Source of the DNA: Acidaminococcus fermentans
GTDB taxonomy: Bacteria > Bacillota_I > Bacilli_A > RF39 > UBA660
Length of the DNA stretch: 60,089 nucleotides
Direction: 5' to 3'
Assembly: GCA_963660495.1 (NCBI GenBank)
Contig: CAVKYO010000052.1
Span: 1-60,089, forward strand
Both the position numbers and the translations under genes were made by a program. Positions 39,352 to 48,285 of this stretch are shown here, one piece after another; within the stretch, counting starts at the first letter, position 1, and every line of letters begins with the position of its first letter. The notes under the pieces were generated by a model, which saw nothing but the letters and a program-made list of their open reading frames with translations, had not been told where the DNA came from and made no database searches.

Positions 39352-40749
39352 TTATACAAAGTTTTTCCATACTTTTAGGGCTTCATTTTCGACTTGATAT
39401 ATGCCTAATAGTTTATTATTTTGATCCATAAAAAGAACTTTGTCTTTTATATTATATTCATTTTTTAGTTTTTGTCCTGTCTTTATTTTGAAACTTGTAT
39501 TTTCATCAACTACTACTTTTGGATAATCAAGAACGTCTTCTATTTTTAATAAATTAAAGTTTCCAGAAGCCATATCCTCTAATGTATAGGCATCAGCTAA
39601 TGTATATTTTCCTTGCTTTGTTCTTGTTAGGTTTGTCATTGTAGCGTAAGTATTTAAGCTAGTGCCAAGGTCTTTAATTAGACTTCTTATGTAACAGCCT
39701 TTTGACACTAAAGTTTTGAAAATAAAAGTGTTACGGTCTGTTGAAATTAATTCTATTTCTTTAATTGTTACTTCTTTTTTAGGCAATTCTACAGTTTTAT
39801 TTTCTCTTGCGTATTCATATAATTTTTTTCCTTTTACTTTAACTGCTGAATATATTGGTACCTCTTGAAGATATGTCTTTTTGAAACTTTTTAGTACTTT
39901 TTCAATTGGCAAATTATCGGGTACAATTTTACTATTTATTATTTTACCAGTAATATCTAAGGTATCAGTTTCTACACCAAGAATAACTCCTGCCTGATAC
40001 TCTTTATAAGTTGCGGTTAGAAGTTCAGCTATCTTGGTAGCTTTTCCTACTGTTACTACTAGAACTCCTTCAGCTAAAGGATCAAGTGTTCCAGTATGAC
40101 CTATTCTTTTTATTCCTAAAATTTTACTTATTTCATTTACTACATCAAATGAAGTCATATTAGATTTTTTATTTACAACTATAACTCCTGAGTAATTGGA
40201 TAAATACTCTTCTAAGGTATAGTTTTCTTTTTCAATTATTTTGGCTACGGTTTTACCAATATATCTAATATGCCATGGTTCATATGGATAGCCAGTAATG
40301 TCTTCTTTTCCTTCTGGATAACGAAGAATGAAACCATAATCAGCTAAGTATTTATGAATTGCTTTGCAATGTTCATCTTGTTTTATTAGTTCATTGTTAT
40401 CACTTAGCCAAGTTCCATCTATTTTTATATTAATGTCTATTGCAAGACCGGTATGATGTTCAGAACAACCTACTGGTGCGACAAATTTAGTAGCATAATT
40501 CTTGCCATATTTCTCGATGAATTCGTCATATATTTCTTGTTGTTCTTCTTTACTTCTATAGGCTGATGAGATACCAATGATGATATTTTTAGTTGCTAGA
40601 AAGTCTTTTAACTTTAAATAGGCATCGTAAGTTTCTTTTTCTACTTGAACATCTAAATCGTCTATATTTTTAGTAGTTATTAATTCTATTTTAGAAAAGA
40701 ATTTATCTTTTATTCTGTTTTCTTTATTTACTAAAACTTTGTATTTCAT
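39352..40749 (-). CDS. truB: Fusion protein: VanY-type M15 D-Ala-D-Ala carboxypeptidase domain plus tRNA pseudouridine55 synthase TruB
   Basis: aa 1-185 carry SAYRS, SEHHTGLAIDI and EPWHIRYIG (M15B/VanY zinc-ligand pattern) with no signal peptide. aa ~188-465 are TruB (VVNKKSNMTSFDVV, GHTGTLDPLAEGVL, PIYSAVKVKGKKLYEYAR). It is one uninterrupted frame with no internal start. Confidence 0.8.
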   Translation of the reverse strand: MKYKVLVNKENRIKDKFFSKIELITTKNIDDLDVQVEKETYDAYLKLKDFLATKNIIIGISSAYRSKEEQQEIYDEFIEKYGKNYATKFVAPVGCSEHHTGLAIDINIKIDGTWLSDNNELIKQDEHCKAIHKYLADYGFILRYPEGKEDITGYPYEPWHIRYIGKTVAKIIEKENYTLEEYLSNYSGVIVVNKKSNMTSFDVVNEISKILGIKRIGHTGTLDPLAEGVLVVTVGKATKIAELLTATYKEYQAGVILGVETDTLDITGKIINSKIVPDNLPIEKVLKSFKKTYLQEVPIYSAVKVKGKKLYEYARENKTVELPKKEVTIKEIELISTDRNTFIFKTLVSKGCYIRSLIKDLGTSLNTYATMTNLTRTKQGKYTLADAYTLEDMASGNFNLLKIEDVLDYPKVVVDENTSFKIKTGQKLKNEYNIKDKVLFMDQNNKLLGIYQVENEALKVWKNFV

Positions 40750-40810
40750 ATAATCAGTCCTCGATACAATTATAAGTGAATTTTATATTAAAACGCAAAT
40801 TTTAATTTTA

Positions 40811-40845
40811 AAAGTATATATCTAAGCGAAGATATATACTTTTAT
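40811..40845 (-). terminator. Rho-independent terminator of the frameshifted membrane-protein gene
   Basis: The minus strand reads AAGTATATATC-ttcgctta-GATATATACTT followed by TTTAAAATT. Confidence 0.55.
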
Positions 40846-40848
40846 TTC

Positions 40849-41413
40849 TTACTTTTCTGTTTGCTTGTATATCATTGTATTTAAAATATTTTGAACTTCA
40901 TCACTATTTATAACGTCTTTTAAATTAGTTTCAATACTTGAGTTTTTCTTTTCTAAACTTATATATAGCATAATACAGTCGTACATTTCATCATCATCTT
41001 TACTATAATCATATACATCGATGTATACATCATAAGTACTTGTTACTTTTGTTTGAGAATAAGAAAACCCTTTGTATTTGCCTTTGTTAAAAGATAGTTC
41101 TTGATATCCAGTTTTATCTTTATATCTGTCCTTGGTGCTTTCAATACTATCGTTTTGTATAAAGTAAACTTTTGCATCAAAATTTAGTTTTTCACTTGAA
41201 AAACGGTATTCAGAAGATTTATTATCATCTTCTTCTTTACTATCAAGCTTAATACTAGTTTCTTTATCATAAGTAAACTCTACTGTTCCATATTTTGCAT
41301 CTTCTATTAAGTATTTTTCGCCATTTTTACCTGTTATGGTAACTATAATAACTCCTAATAATAAGACTACAACTATGGCAAATGTTACTCCGATTATAGT
41401 GTTTTTTTCATTT
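40849..41413 (-). pseudogene. Membrane-anchored protein gene disrupted by an A7 tract directly after the start codon
   Basis: AGGAGA RBS, then ATG AAAAAAA (T7 at 41404-41410 on the plus strand). As written it stops after 27 codons. With A6 it reads MKKHTIIGVTFAIVVVLLLGVIIV... for 187 aa, down to TAA at 40849. It is absent from the ORF track. Confidence 0.6.
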
Positions 41414-41542
41414 GCGTCTCCTTCCTTTAAATTATCAATTAGTCTTTACATCTACGTCTAACATTTAAAATTCGTCATTTCTAATTAATTTACTTTATAT
41501 TATCATTAACAATATATTATATCAACAAATTTTTAACTGTTT

Positions 41543-42082
41543 TTACTTATGGCGTGATATATCATATTCCCATCCAGGTTGCCAATCACCAGTATTACGC
41601 CAATCATTTTTAATGGCTTCTTCAAAACTAATATTCTTAGTTAGAACTTCTATTGCTAACTGTGGAGCTCTATGAGCAACAATACCTACAGTCTTATCAC
41701 TATACTTAGTAACTAAATCATCTAAAAAAGATTTAACTCTACATCTTACATCTTCTAAAGATTCTCCATTCGGAAATGGTTCATTAATATGTTCCTCATA
41801 CACTACTAAATTCTTAGCTTCTCCATCTAAATCTCCATAATTACATTCTCTAAGTCTTTCATCTTGAACCTTTAAAACATCAGGAAAAGCAATATTACTA
41901 GACTCAATTGCTCTTATCAAATCAGATGTAAATATAACATCAAACTTAACATCACTACGTACCTTACCTAAATTCCTAGCTTGTTCTCTTCCCAAGTCAT
42001 TAAGTTCGACTTGTTTCCAACCCGAACATTTCTTACTAGCATTGTCATAAGTAGTACCATGTACAAAATAAATAATCTTCAT
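41543..42082 (-). CDS. Histidine phosphatase (phosphoglycerate mutase-like) family protein
   Basis: IIYFVHGTTYDN (RHG-like, with Arg replaced by Val), SDLIRAIES, VAHRAP. Start is placed at MKIIYF after GAAGGA. Confidence 0.6.
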   Translation of the reverse strand: MKIIYFVHGTTYDNASKKCSGWKQVELNDLGREQARNLGKVRSDVKFDVIFTSDLIRAIESSNIAFPDVLKVQDERLRECNYGDLDGEAKNLVVYEEHINEPFPNGESLEDVRCRVKSFLDDLVTKYSDKTVGIVAHRAPQLAIEVLTKNISFEEAIKNDWRNTGDWQPGWEYDISRHK

Positions 42083-42087
42083 ACACA

Positions 42088-42831
42088 TCATCCTTCTACT
42101 AATTGATTAATTCTCTTTACAAAATCCTTACTCTTTAAATATAAACCTGTATATTTTTGATAGTATTCATCTAAGAACTGATTAATTTCTTTACTAACTA
42201 AACTTGAAACATCTAACTTAGTAATATTTTTTATATCAACATAATAATATAACCTAATCATCTTAATAGTCTTTTCACTTACTAATCCTTCATTGCTGTA
42301 GCAGTTCCTACAAATATATCCTGATGATGTAGTACTAAGTGTAACAATTCCTTTATCGGAGCCACAGTTGCTGCAACAATCAATACTAGGTTTAACTCCT
42401 AAATAATCTAATAGTTTTAATTCCAAAATATTTGTAAGAACTAAAGGATTAAATCCTTCTTCTAACTTTTCTAATGAATCTTTTAGTAAATAGAAAATAC
42501 TATTATCATCATTTTGTTTAAATACTTGAGTAACAAGATCTATCATATAAGAAGCATAACTAACTCTTTCTAAATCTGAAAGTATATTAGAATATGCATT
42601 AATAACGTCAACACCAATTAAAGTAGAAAGTCCATTTTCTTTATAGTACACATGAAAGGTACCATAAATCATTTTCCTACTAACACTTCTAAGTTTACTT
42701 TTCATATTTCTAGAACCTTTGGACATAATACCTATAAGTCCATATTTATAAGTTAAAACATTAAGTATTTTGCTTGATTCACTATAATTAGTTTCACTTA
42801 AAACAATTCCTTCAAAACTTTCAATTGTCAA
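42088..42831 (-). CDS. recO: DNA repair protein RecO
   Basis: 247 aa. OB-fold N-terminus and zinc module CSNCGS...CRNC. TTG start. Position after era-yqzL. Confidence 0.85.
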   Translation of the reverse strand: MTIESFEGIVLSETNYSESSKILNVLTYKYGLIGIMSKGSRNMKSKLRSVSRKMIYGTFHVYYKENGLSTLIGVDVINAYSNILSDLERVSYASYMIDLVTQVFKQNDDNSIFYLLKDSLEKLEEGFNPLVLTNILELKLLDYLGVKPSIDCCSNCGSDKGIVTLSTTSSGYICRNCYSNEGLVSEKTIKMIRLYYYVDIKNITKLDVSSLVSKEINQFLDEYYQKYTGLYLKSKDFVKRINQLVEG

Positions 42832-42837
42832 ATCACA

Positions 42838-42921
42838 TCACTTCTTCTTTATTTGTTGTAACAAATTATAATATTTAATATCTCCAGTTTTCTTAAATAA
42901 ATCCCAAAGTATTTGACTCAT
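42838..42921 (-). CDS. yqzL: YqzL-family small protein
   Basis: 27 aa, not in the ORF track: MSQILWDLFKKTGDIKYYNLLQQIKKK. A GAGGTGA RBS lies upstream. It sits between era and recO, as yqzL does in Bacillus. Confidence 0.6.
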   Translation of the reverse strand: MSQILWDLFKKTGDIKYYNLLQQIKKK

Positions 42922-42976
42922 AAAATCACCTCTATTAATATAGTGATAATTTTATAAAAATCTTATACATAATTAC

Positions 42977-43867
42977 TTACATATCTTCTTCTTTTAATCC
43001 TAATTCTAAAAAGTACTTTTCTTGATCACGCCAATTTTTTAAAGTTTTTACATAGGTTTCTAAATATACTTTTTTGCCTAAAAACTTTTCGATATCGTAT
43101 CTTGCTCTTGTACCGATTTCTTTTAACATTTGCCCTTGTTTACCAATGATTATTTTCTTTATATTATCTCTATCAACAACTATCAAGACTTGAATATGAA
43201 CGGTCTTTTCTTCTTCTTCATAATTTTCTACATAACAAGTTACTGTATGTGGAACTTCATCTCTTGTAAGTTCTAATATTTTTTCTCTTACAAACTCACT
43301 AATAATAAATCTTGTTGTAACATTAGTAAGTTCTTCTTCAGAATATATTGCTTCTGACTCTGGTAAATATTTTTTTATACAGTCTATTAATAGTTTAATA
43401 TTGTCATCTTTTAAAGCTGATATTGGTATTATTTCTTTAAAGTCATATAATTCTTTTAACTTATTGATTCTTTCCAATAAAACATTTTTATCTTTTACTA
43501 AATCAATTTTATTAAGTAGTAAGAACACTGGTGCATCTTTTTCTTTAATTTTGTCTAATATAAACTTATCGCCTTTTCCAAATCCTTTTGAAATATCTAC
43601 TAAAAACAATATTACGTCTACATCTTCAGTATACGTATAAGCTTTCTTATTCATTAAAGTTCCAAGTTTATCATTAGGTTTATGAATACCAGGTGTATCT
43701 ACAAATATAATTTGTGCTTCATCATCATTATAAATTCCTTGAATAATATTTCTTGTTGTACCAGACACGTTAGATGTAATAGCAAGTTTCATTCCTAATA
43801 CACTGTTAAGCAATGTACTTTTACCAACGTTTGGTCTTCCAACTAAACTAACAAATCCACATTTCAT
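42977..43867 (-). CDS. era: GTPase Era
   Basis: GRPNVGKSTL, DTPG, NKID and a C-terminal KH domain (IIGKQGQMLK). Confidence 0.95.
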   Translation of the reverse strand: MKCGFVSLVGRPNVGKSTLLNSVLGMKLAITSNVSGTTRNIIQGIYNDDEAQIIFVDTPGIHKPNDKLGTLMNKKAYTYTEDVDVILFLVDISKGFGKGDKFILDKIKEKDAPVFLLLNKIDLVKDKNVLLERINKLKELYDFKEIIPISALKDDNIKLLIDCIKKYLPESEAIYSEEELTNVTTRFIISEFVREKILELTRDEVPHTVTCYVENYEEEEKTVHIQVLIVVDRDNIKKIIIGKQGQMLKEIGTRARYDIEKFLGKKVYLETYVKTLKNWRDQEKYFLELGLKEEDM

Positions 43868-44250
43868 TTTAAATCATCACTTCCAAATGGATAAGGACAA
43901 ATATCCTCTACTTTATATTCCTTATATTCACCTGTTGTTGCATAACATCTAATAATAGCGTCCTTATCAAACAACTCAGAAATTACTTGTCTACATAAAA
44001 AACAAGGCATTCCTATCTTACCTGATGAAACCATTATATTTAATTCTTTAAAGTCATATCTTTTATACCCGGCAGTGATTGCGGAAACTATTGCACTTCT
44101 TTCCGCACATATTGCTGCTCCATAACTAGCATTTTCTACGTTAACACCATAAAAACCTTTACCATCCTTAGTAACTAAAACAGCACTAACTGCATAATTA
44201 GAATAAGGTGAATAACTATTATTTAATAACTCTAATAACTTTTCTTTCAT
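43864..44250 (-). CDS. cdd: Cytidine deaminase
   Basis: 128 aa. Zinc motifs CAERSA and PCFLCRQ. Confidence 0.9.
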   Translation of the reverse strand: MKEKLLELLNNSYSPYSNYAVSAVLVTKDGKGFYGVNVENASYGAAICAERSAIVSAITAGYKRYDFKELNIMVSSGKIGMPCFLCRQVISELFDKDAIIRCYATTGEYKEYKVEDICPYPFGSDDLK

Positions 44251-44657
44251 AATAAGCCTCCTACAAAACTAATTAACTTTGGTACAAATATAATTAAACC
44301 AATGATAGCTGAAATAATAGCCATCATAAGTACTCCAGCACTCGCTGTATCTTTAGTCGCTTTTGCTAAAGGATGAATTTCAGGTGATACTAGATCAACT
44401 AAATACTCTATTGAAGTATTAAAAAACTCTGCCATTAAAACTAAGCCAATTAATATTAAACAGACTAGCCATTCGGCATAACTTATTTTTAAAATGAAGC
44501 CAAACAAGATAACAAAACAAGCTATAACAGTATGTATTTTTAAATTTTGTTCACCGATAAAAGCTTGTATAATTCCTTCAAAAGCATACTTAAAACTATT
44601 AGTTAATCTTTTTTTATCTAACTTTAAATTTTTAATTTTTTTATCTTGTGATTCCAT
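44247..44657 (-). CDS. dgkA: Diacylglycerol/undecaprenol kinase
   Basis: 136 aa, 3 TM helices. Motifs NTSIE and AKDTASAGV. Operon position between ybeY and cdd. Confidence 0.85.
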   Translation of the reverse strand: MESQDKKIKNLKLDKKRLTNSFKYAFEGIIQAFIGEQNLKIHTVIACFVILFGFILKISYAEWLVCLILIGLVLMAEFFNTSIEYLVDLVSPEIHPLAKATKDTASAGVLMMAIISAIIGLIIFVPKLISFVGGLL

Positions 44658-45090
44658 ATGAGTCTAATACCTCCTCCTGTTTAGTAAACATGACTTTCTC
44701 ATCTTCTTTAGTCATATGATCATAGCCAAGTAAATGATAAAAACCATGAACTGCTAAAAATGACAATTCACGAAGTAAAGAATGACCATATTCCTCTGCT
44801 TGAGATATAGCTTTATCTATTGAAATATAAATATCCCCAAGAATTCTCTCATCAGTAGGCATAATTAAACTATCATCATCTTCTAATGCAAAAGTAATAA
44901 CATCAGTTTCCCTATCTATATGACGATAATTTTTATTAAGTTCATGAATATAGTCATTATCAACTATAATTAAATTAAACGTTGTATTAACCAGGTTTTC
45001 CTTTTTAACAGCACTCTTTAATACATCTTCTACTGTCTTTAATTCTTCAATCTCTCTATCAGTCTGATTAAAAATACTAATACTACCCAT
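44641..45090 (-). CDS. ybeY: rRNA maturation endoribonuclease YbeY
   Basis: HGFYHLLGYDH zinc motif. Start is set at MGSISIF, preceded by an AGGAGG. Confidence 0.9.
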   Translation of the reverse strand: MGSISIFNQTDREIEELKTVEDVLKSAVKKENLVNTTFNLIIVDNDYIHELNKNYRHIDRETDVITFALEDDDSLIMPTDERILGDIYISIDKAISQAEEYGHSLLRELSFLAVHGFYHLLGYDHMTKEDEKVMFTKQEEVLDSYGITR

Positions 45091-45098
45091 TTTTCCTC

Positions 45099-45710
45099 CT
45101 ATAATAAAATAAATACTAATCCAAGTAATACCAAAATTGAAATAATATTTAAGAACCATTCGCTCTTTAATACATTAGGTAACTTATCACCAAGAATATC
45201 GAGTATATGGTATATATAAAAACCAAGTACACCACCTAATATATTTAAAATAATATCATCAACATCAAAAACTCTTCCTATAATTAATTGAACAGTCTCA
45301 ATAGAAACTGATGTCAAAATAGTTAAAACTAATGGCAAAGTCAGCTTCTTACTTTTTAAATAATAACTTGCAAAAAATCCATATGGTAAAAACATAATCA
45401 TATTACCTAATACATTTTTGAAAAAAAGTCGACTGCCCATATTATAACGCAATATTTCTCTAAAAGGAATAAAATTATTACTAGACCAGGTTACATCATC
45501 TTGGAAAGTAACAACTTGGAACAAAGACATAATATAAATCAAAAATGATAAGCTTAATAGCTCATTATATAAAACTACTTTTTCTTTATTTTTAATTAAA
45601 TAACTAAGTCTTAAAGAAACTATCACAACACAAGCTATTAAAACCATTGGCCAAGTAATATCAATAACACCCTGTAATGTAGTAGTAATTGGTCCTAACA
45701 TTAGTATCAC
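45099..45710 (-). CDS. VanZ family membrane protein
   Basis: 203 aa. Motifs NFIPFREI, NMIMFLPYGFF and FDVDDIILNILGGVLG. Confidence 0.75.
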   Translation of the reverse strand: MILMLGPITTTLQGVIDITWPMVLIACVVIVSLRLSYLIKNKEKVVLYNELLSLSFLIYIMSLFQVVTFQDDVTWSSNNFIPFREILRYNMGSRLFFKNVLGNMIMFLPYGFFASYYLKSKKLTLPLVLTILTSVSIETVQLIIGRVFDVDDIILNILGGVLGFYIYHILDILGDKLPNVLKSEWFLNIISILVLLGLVFILL

Positions 45711-46855
45711 TCCCCTTGTACAATTTCTTCATATTCTAAATATTCTGTAATATCTTCTTTTACTTTAAAAAACACTTCTACTATTATTTTACTATTTTTC
45801 TGATACTTTTTCAAAACTTTTTTACTTACTATTAGACTGTCTTTTTCTATCTTATTTGTAAGTTTATTTGTTGCTAAAGAAATAGCGTCTTTTTCTATAT
45901 TATTCAAAGTATAATTTTTACGCTTCACCTTTGTTTCAAAATAACTGGTAAAGTCTAAACTAATAGGTAGTAAATTATTAGAAATTATTGAATAAGATTT
46001 CCTCTTATAACTCTTAAAATGTGAAAATAAGTGAAACTCTTTATTTAAAAACTTGAATTCTAGTTGCCTCTTAACTCTACCAGTAACATTTTCTTCCTTA
46101 TAATTAACTGGTATATCTAGTGAAACTAAATACCAAACTTCTCCATAAACTTTACCCGTAGCACATTTTTGAGCAACTATTTTCTCTTTATTATAAATAA
46201 CACCCGATACTATAATATCTCCCTTTTTTACATAATCCAACTTCTTTTTTAGTATTTGCCCTTCTGTAGCTTCTATTCCAAGTATCATAGCGTCTTTCTT
46301 TGCTACAATATTTCTTCTAGTACAAGGATTTTTATCTTTATTTTTCTTTCTTTGTTCTACTTTTACAATATACTTAGTACCAATATTTTCTATCTCTAAC
46401 CATTCAATGTCATTCTTCTCATCACTTAATATTTTATTAACAATTTTTTCTTTTTTAGCATAACTAACTTTAAAATTATATTTTTTAATTCCATACTTTT
46501 TCAAATCATTAAACACTAATTCTCTAATATAAGGATTACTATGAACAACATCTACATCAAAAATAATATTACTTAAAAATATATTCACAAAAATACCAAA
46601 CACAAAAAATATTAAAAATAACAAATATTTTTTAATAACATATTTAACTCTTGCTAAACCAAGTCTTCCTACTATTTGAATTTTATAACTAGTTTTAATA
46701 CTCCTAATATTATCAAGTCCCTCATCATCGACAACAATATACATTTTTTGATGGGTCTTTTCTAAATCATAAATATTAATATTTTTCTTGATAAGTTGCT
46801 TTAAAAAATAATCGGGATTTCTTCCTATGATAGCTAATTTATATCTATTAATCAT
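45707..46855 (-). CDS. yqfD: Sporulation protein YqfD
   Basis: 382 aa with a central TM helix. Conserved position after yqfC. The KGDIIVSGVIY segment is typical of the family. Confidence 0.75.
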   Translation of the reverse strand: MINRYKLAIIGRNPDYFLKQLIKKNINIYDLEKTHQKMYIVVDDEGLDNIRSIKTSYKIQIVGRLGLARVKYVIKKYLLFLIFFVFGIFVNIFLSNIIFDVDVVHSNPYIRELVFNDLKKYGIKKYNFKVSYAKKEKIVNKILSDEKNDIEWLEIENIGTKYIVKVEQRKKNKDKNPCTRRNIVAKKDAMILGIEATEGQILKKKLDYVKKGDIIVSGVIYNKEKIVAQKCATGKVYGEVWYLVSLDIPVNYKEENVTGRVKRQLEFKFLNKEFHLFSHFKSYKRKSYSIISNNLLPISLDFTSYFETKVKRKNYTLNNIEKDAISLATNKLTNKIEKDSLIVSKKVLKKYQKNSKIIVEVFFKVKEDITEYLEYEEIVQGE

Positions 46856-47096
46856 ATAATTCCTCTACGGTATATATCTTTCCCGTAATTAATATTTCAT
46901 TATCTAAAAGTTTATTAAGAATCAAATTTTCTCCATGTATAACAATTAAATTACTACCTGTATCAATAGAAACTTGTTTATTACTAAGTGTCAAAATTTC
47001 CAAATAATTAATTATATGTAGTTGATTTTTAAAAATAGTTAATCTAAATTCATCATCTTTTATGTACTCTCTAATCTTATCTATCAATATTATCAC
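46848..47096 (-). CDS. yqfC: Sporulation protein YqfC (YabP family)
   Basis: 82 aa. LHIINYLEILTLSNKQVSIDTG...IHGENL pattern. Lies between rpsU and yqfD. Confidence 0.7.
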   Translation of the reverse strand: MIILIDKIREYIKDDEFRLTIFKNQLHIINYLEILTLSNKQVSIDTGSNLIVIHGENLILNKLLDNEILITGKIYTVEELYD

Positions 47097-47137
47097 CTAT
47101 AAAAGTATATGATGAATATAAAAAAAATAGAGATTAA

Positions 47138-47338
47138 TTAATAATCCCTATTATTAGCACGATTTCTCTTTTGAGAATTTTTAATTCCTTCTTTTTTAGC
47201 AGCTCTTCTTCTAACACCTGGTTTATCATAAGCTTCTCTTTTTCTACATTCTGAAGGGACACCATCTCTTGCCACTTTTTGTTTGAACTTTCTTAGAGCT
47301 TGGTCCAAATTACCTCTAACAGTTACTTTAGTTGCCAT
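47138..47338 (-). CDS. rpsU: 30S ribosomal protein S21
   Basis: MATKVTVRGNLDQALRKFKQKVARDGV...REAYDKPGVRRR. Confidence 0.9.
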   Translation of the reverse strand: MATKVTVRGNLDQALRKFKQKVARDGVPSECRKREAYDKPGVRRRAAKKEGIKNSQKRNRANNRDY

Positions 47339-47417
47339 CATTATCCCTCCCTTCGTTTTTAACTAAAAAGAATTATAGCAAAACTTATCTTATTTTTCAA
47401 CAGATTTTTAGTTTTTT

Positions 47418-47582
47418 TTAACAAAAAGTCCTAAATTTCAACAAATATCGACATAAAGTGCCTACAAAAGTACCAAATTCATATAAGGATTTAATTATTT
47501 CATATATAAAAGGTATACTAAAAATTACAATTATTGCAACTATTAGTTTCCAATATTTTTTTATAATTATTCTAAAGGACAT
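47418..47582 (-). CDS. 54-aa single-TM protein, candidate bacteriocin immunity protein
   Basis: Not in the ORF track: MSFRIIIKKYWKLIVAIIVIFSIPFIYEIIKSLYEFGTFVGTLCRYLLKFRTFC. Its ATG is embedded in the last codons of peptide B (16-nt overlap), with a GGTGA 9 nt upstream. Confidence 0.4.
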   Translation of the reverse strand: MSFRIIIKKYWKLIVAIIVIFSIPFIYEIIKSLYEFGTFVGTLCRYLLKFRTFC

Positions 47583-47743
47583 AAATTATTTTCACCAAGT
47601 CTTCTTATTGATGATCCAAATCCTTTACCAGCGTCATACATCATTCCAATTATTTTAGTAAATGCACTAATAACAGTTCCTGAAATACTACTGCTACTAC
47701 CTGCATATATTTTTTTTAAGTCCATATCACTTTCCTTTTTCAA
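47567..47743 (-). CDS. Bacteriocin precursor peptide B (double-glycine-type leader ending AG)
   Basis: Not in the ORF track. The TTG start overlaps the TGA of peptide A (GGTTGA), with a GGGAGGTG 6 nt upstream. Leader (M)KKESDMDLKKIYAG, mature SSSSISGTVISAFTKIIGMMYDAGKGFGSSIRRLGENNLCPLE. The alternative ATG at 47725 has a weaker RBS. Confidence 0.6.
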   Translation of the reverse strand: MKKESDMDLKKIYAGSSSSISGTVISAFTKIIGMMYDAGKGFGSSIRRLGENNLCPLE

Positions 47744-47880
47744 CCATTACACCTCCCTGGATTAGTGAAGCCATCAAGTACACCTGAAATAAAAATTATT
47801 AAAGCTGCTATGCCAACAAGGGCTAAGACTGATACACCACCTGTTACCTTTTGTAATTCTAAATTATTAACTTTTTTCAT
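47740..47880 (-). CDS. Bacteriocin precursor peptide A (double-glycine leader)
   Basis: Not in the ORF track. The ATG lies 3 nt after the accessory-gene stop, with a GGGTGAG RBS. Leader MKKVNNLELQKVTGG, mature VSVLALVGIAALIIFISGVLDGFTNPGRCNG. Confidence 0.7.
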   Translation of the reverse strand: MKKVNNLELQKVTGGVSVLALVGIAALIIFISGVLDGFTNPGRCNG

Positions 47881-47883
47881 TAC

Positions 47884-48285
47884 TCACCCTTCCCATATAA
47901 TATTAAATATTTTAAATAATCCTATACGCTTATCTTTAAAACTTAGTTCTACTATATCGCCATCATTTAAAGACAAGCTTGTTTCCAATAAAACTAAATT
48001 GTATTTATCATTACTTGAAACAAATATATTATTATCTACTTTTCTAATAGAAAAGCTTTTCTTCTTATTATCTATATATAAATTACTATTTTTATAAATA
48101 ATATTCATATCCTTATCTTTAATATAAAGTTCTACTAAATTCTTTTTTTTAACTCTACCAATAATCAAACTATAACTATTAATTTTCTTACTATAAGTAT
48201 AAAAACAAAGTCCAAAAAACAGTGTAAATAAAAGTACTACTAAAAATATAACAATTCCTTTCTTCTCATAATTTACTAATTTCAT
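47884..48285 (-). CDS. Small membrane-anchored accessory protein of the bacteriocin exporter (putative)
   Basis: 133 aa with an N-terminal TM helix (IVIFLVVLLFTLFFGLCFY) and a beta-rich ectodomain. Overlaps the exporter stop by 20 nt. It occupies the LcnD/HlyD-type accessory slot but is much shorter. Confidence 0.45.
   Translation of the reverse strand: MKLVNYEKKGIVIFLVVLLFTLFFGLCFYTYSKKINSYSLIIGRVKKKNLVELYIKDKDMNIIYKNSNLYIDNKKKSFSIRKVDNNIFVSSNDKYNLVLLETSLSLNDGDIVELSFKDKRIGLFKIFNIIWEG

Noticed and set aside
45091-45159. 23-codon N-terminal extension of ybeY; similar short extensions of thrS (8856-8879), rpsO (28460-28477) and the histidine phosphatase (42083-42091)
   Set aside because: In each case an AGGAGG or GAAGGA RBS lies inside the extension, and the conserved protein begins at the downstream Met.
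47458-47658. 66-aa plus-strand ORF; also the 110-aa ORF at 47765-48097
   Set aside because: They are antisense to the bacteriocin peptide, immunity and accessory genes. Those genes have proper RBSs, translational coupling and recognisable double-glycine leaders; the plus-strand frames have none of these.
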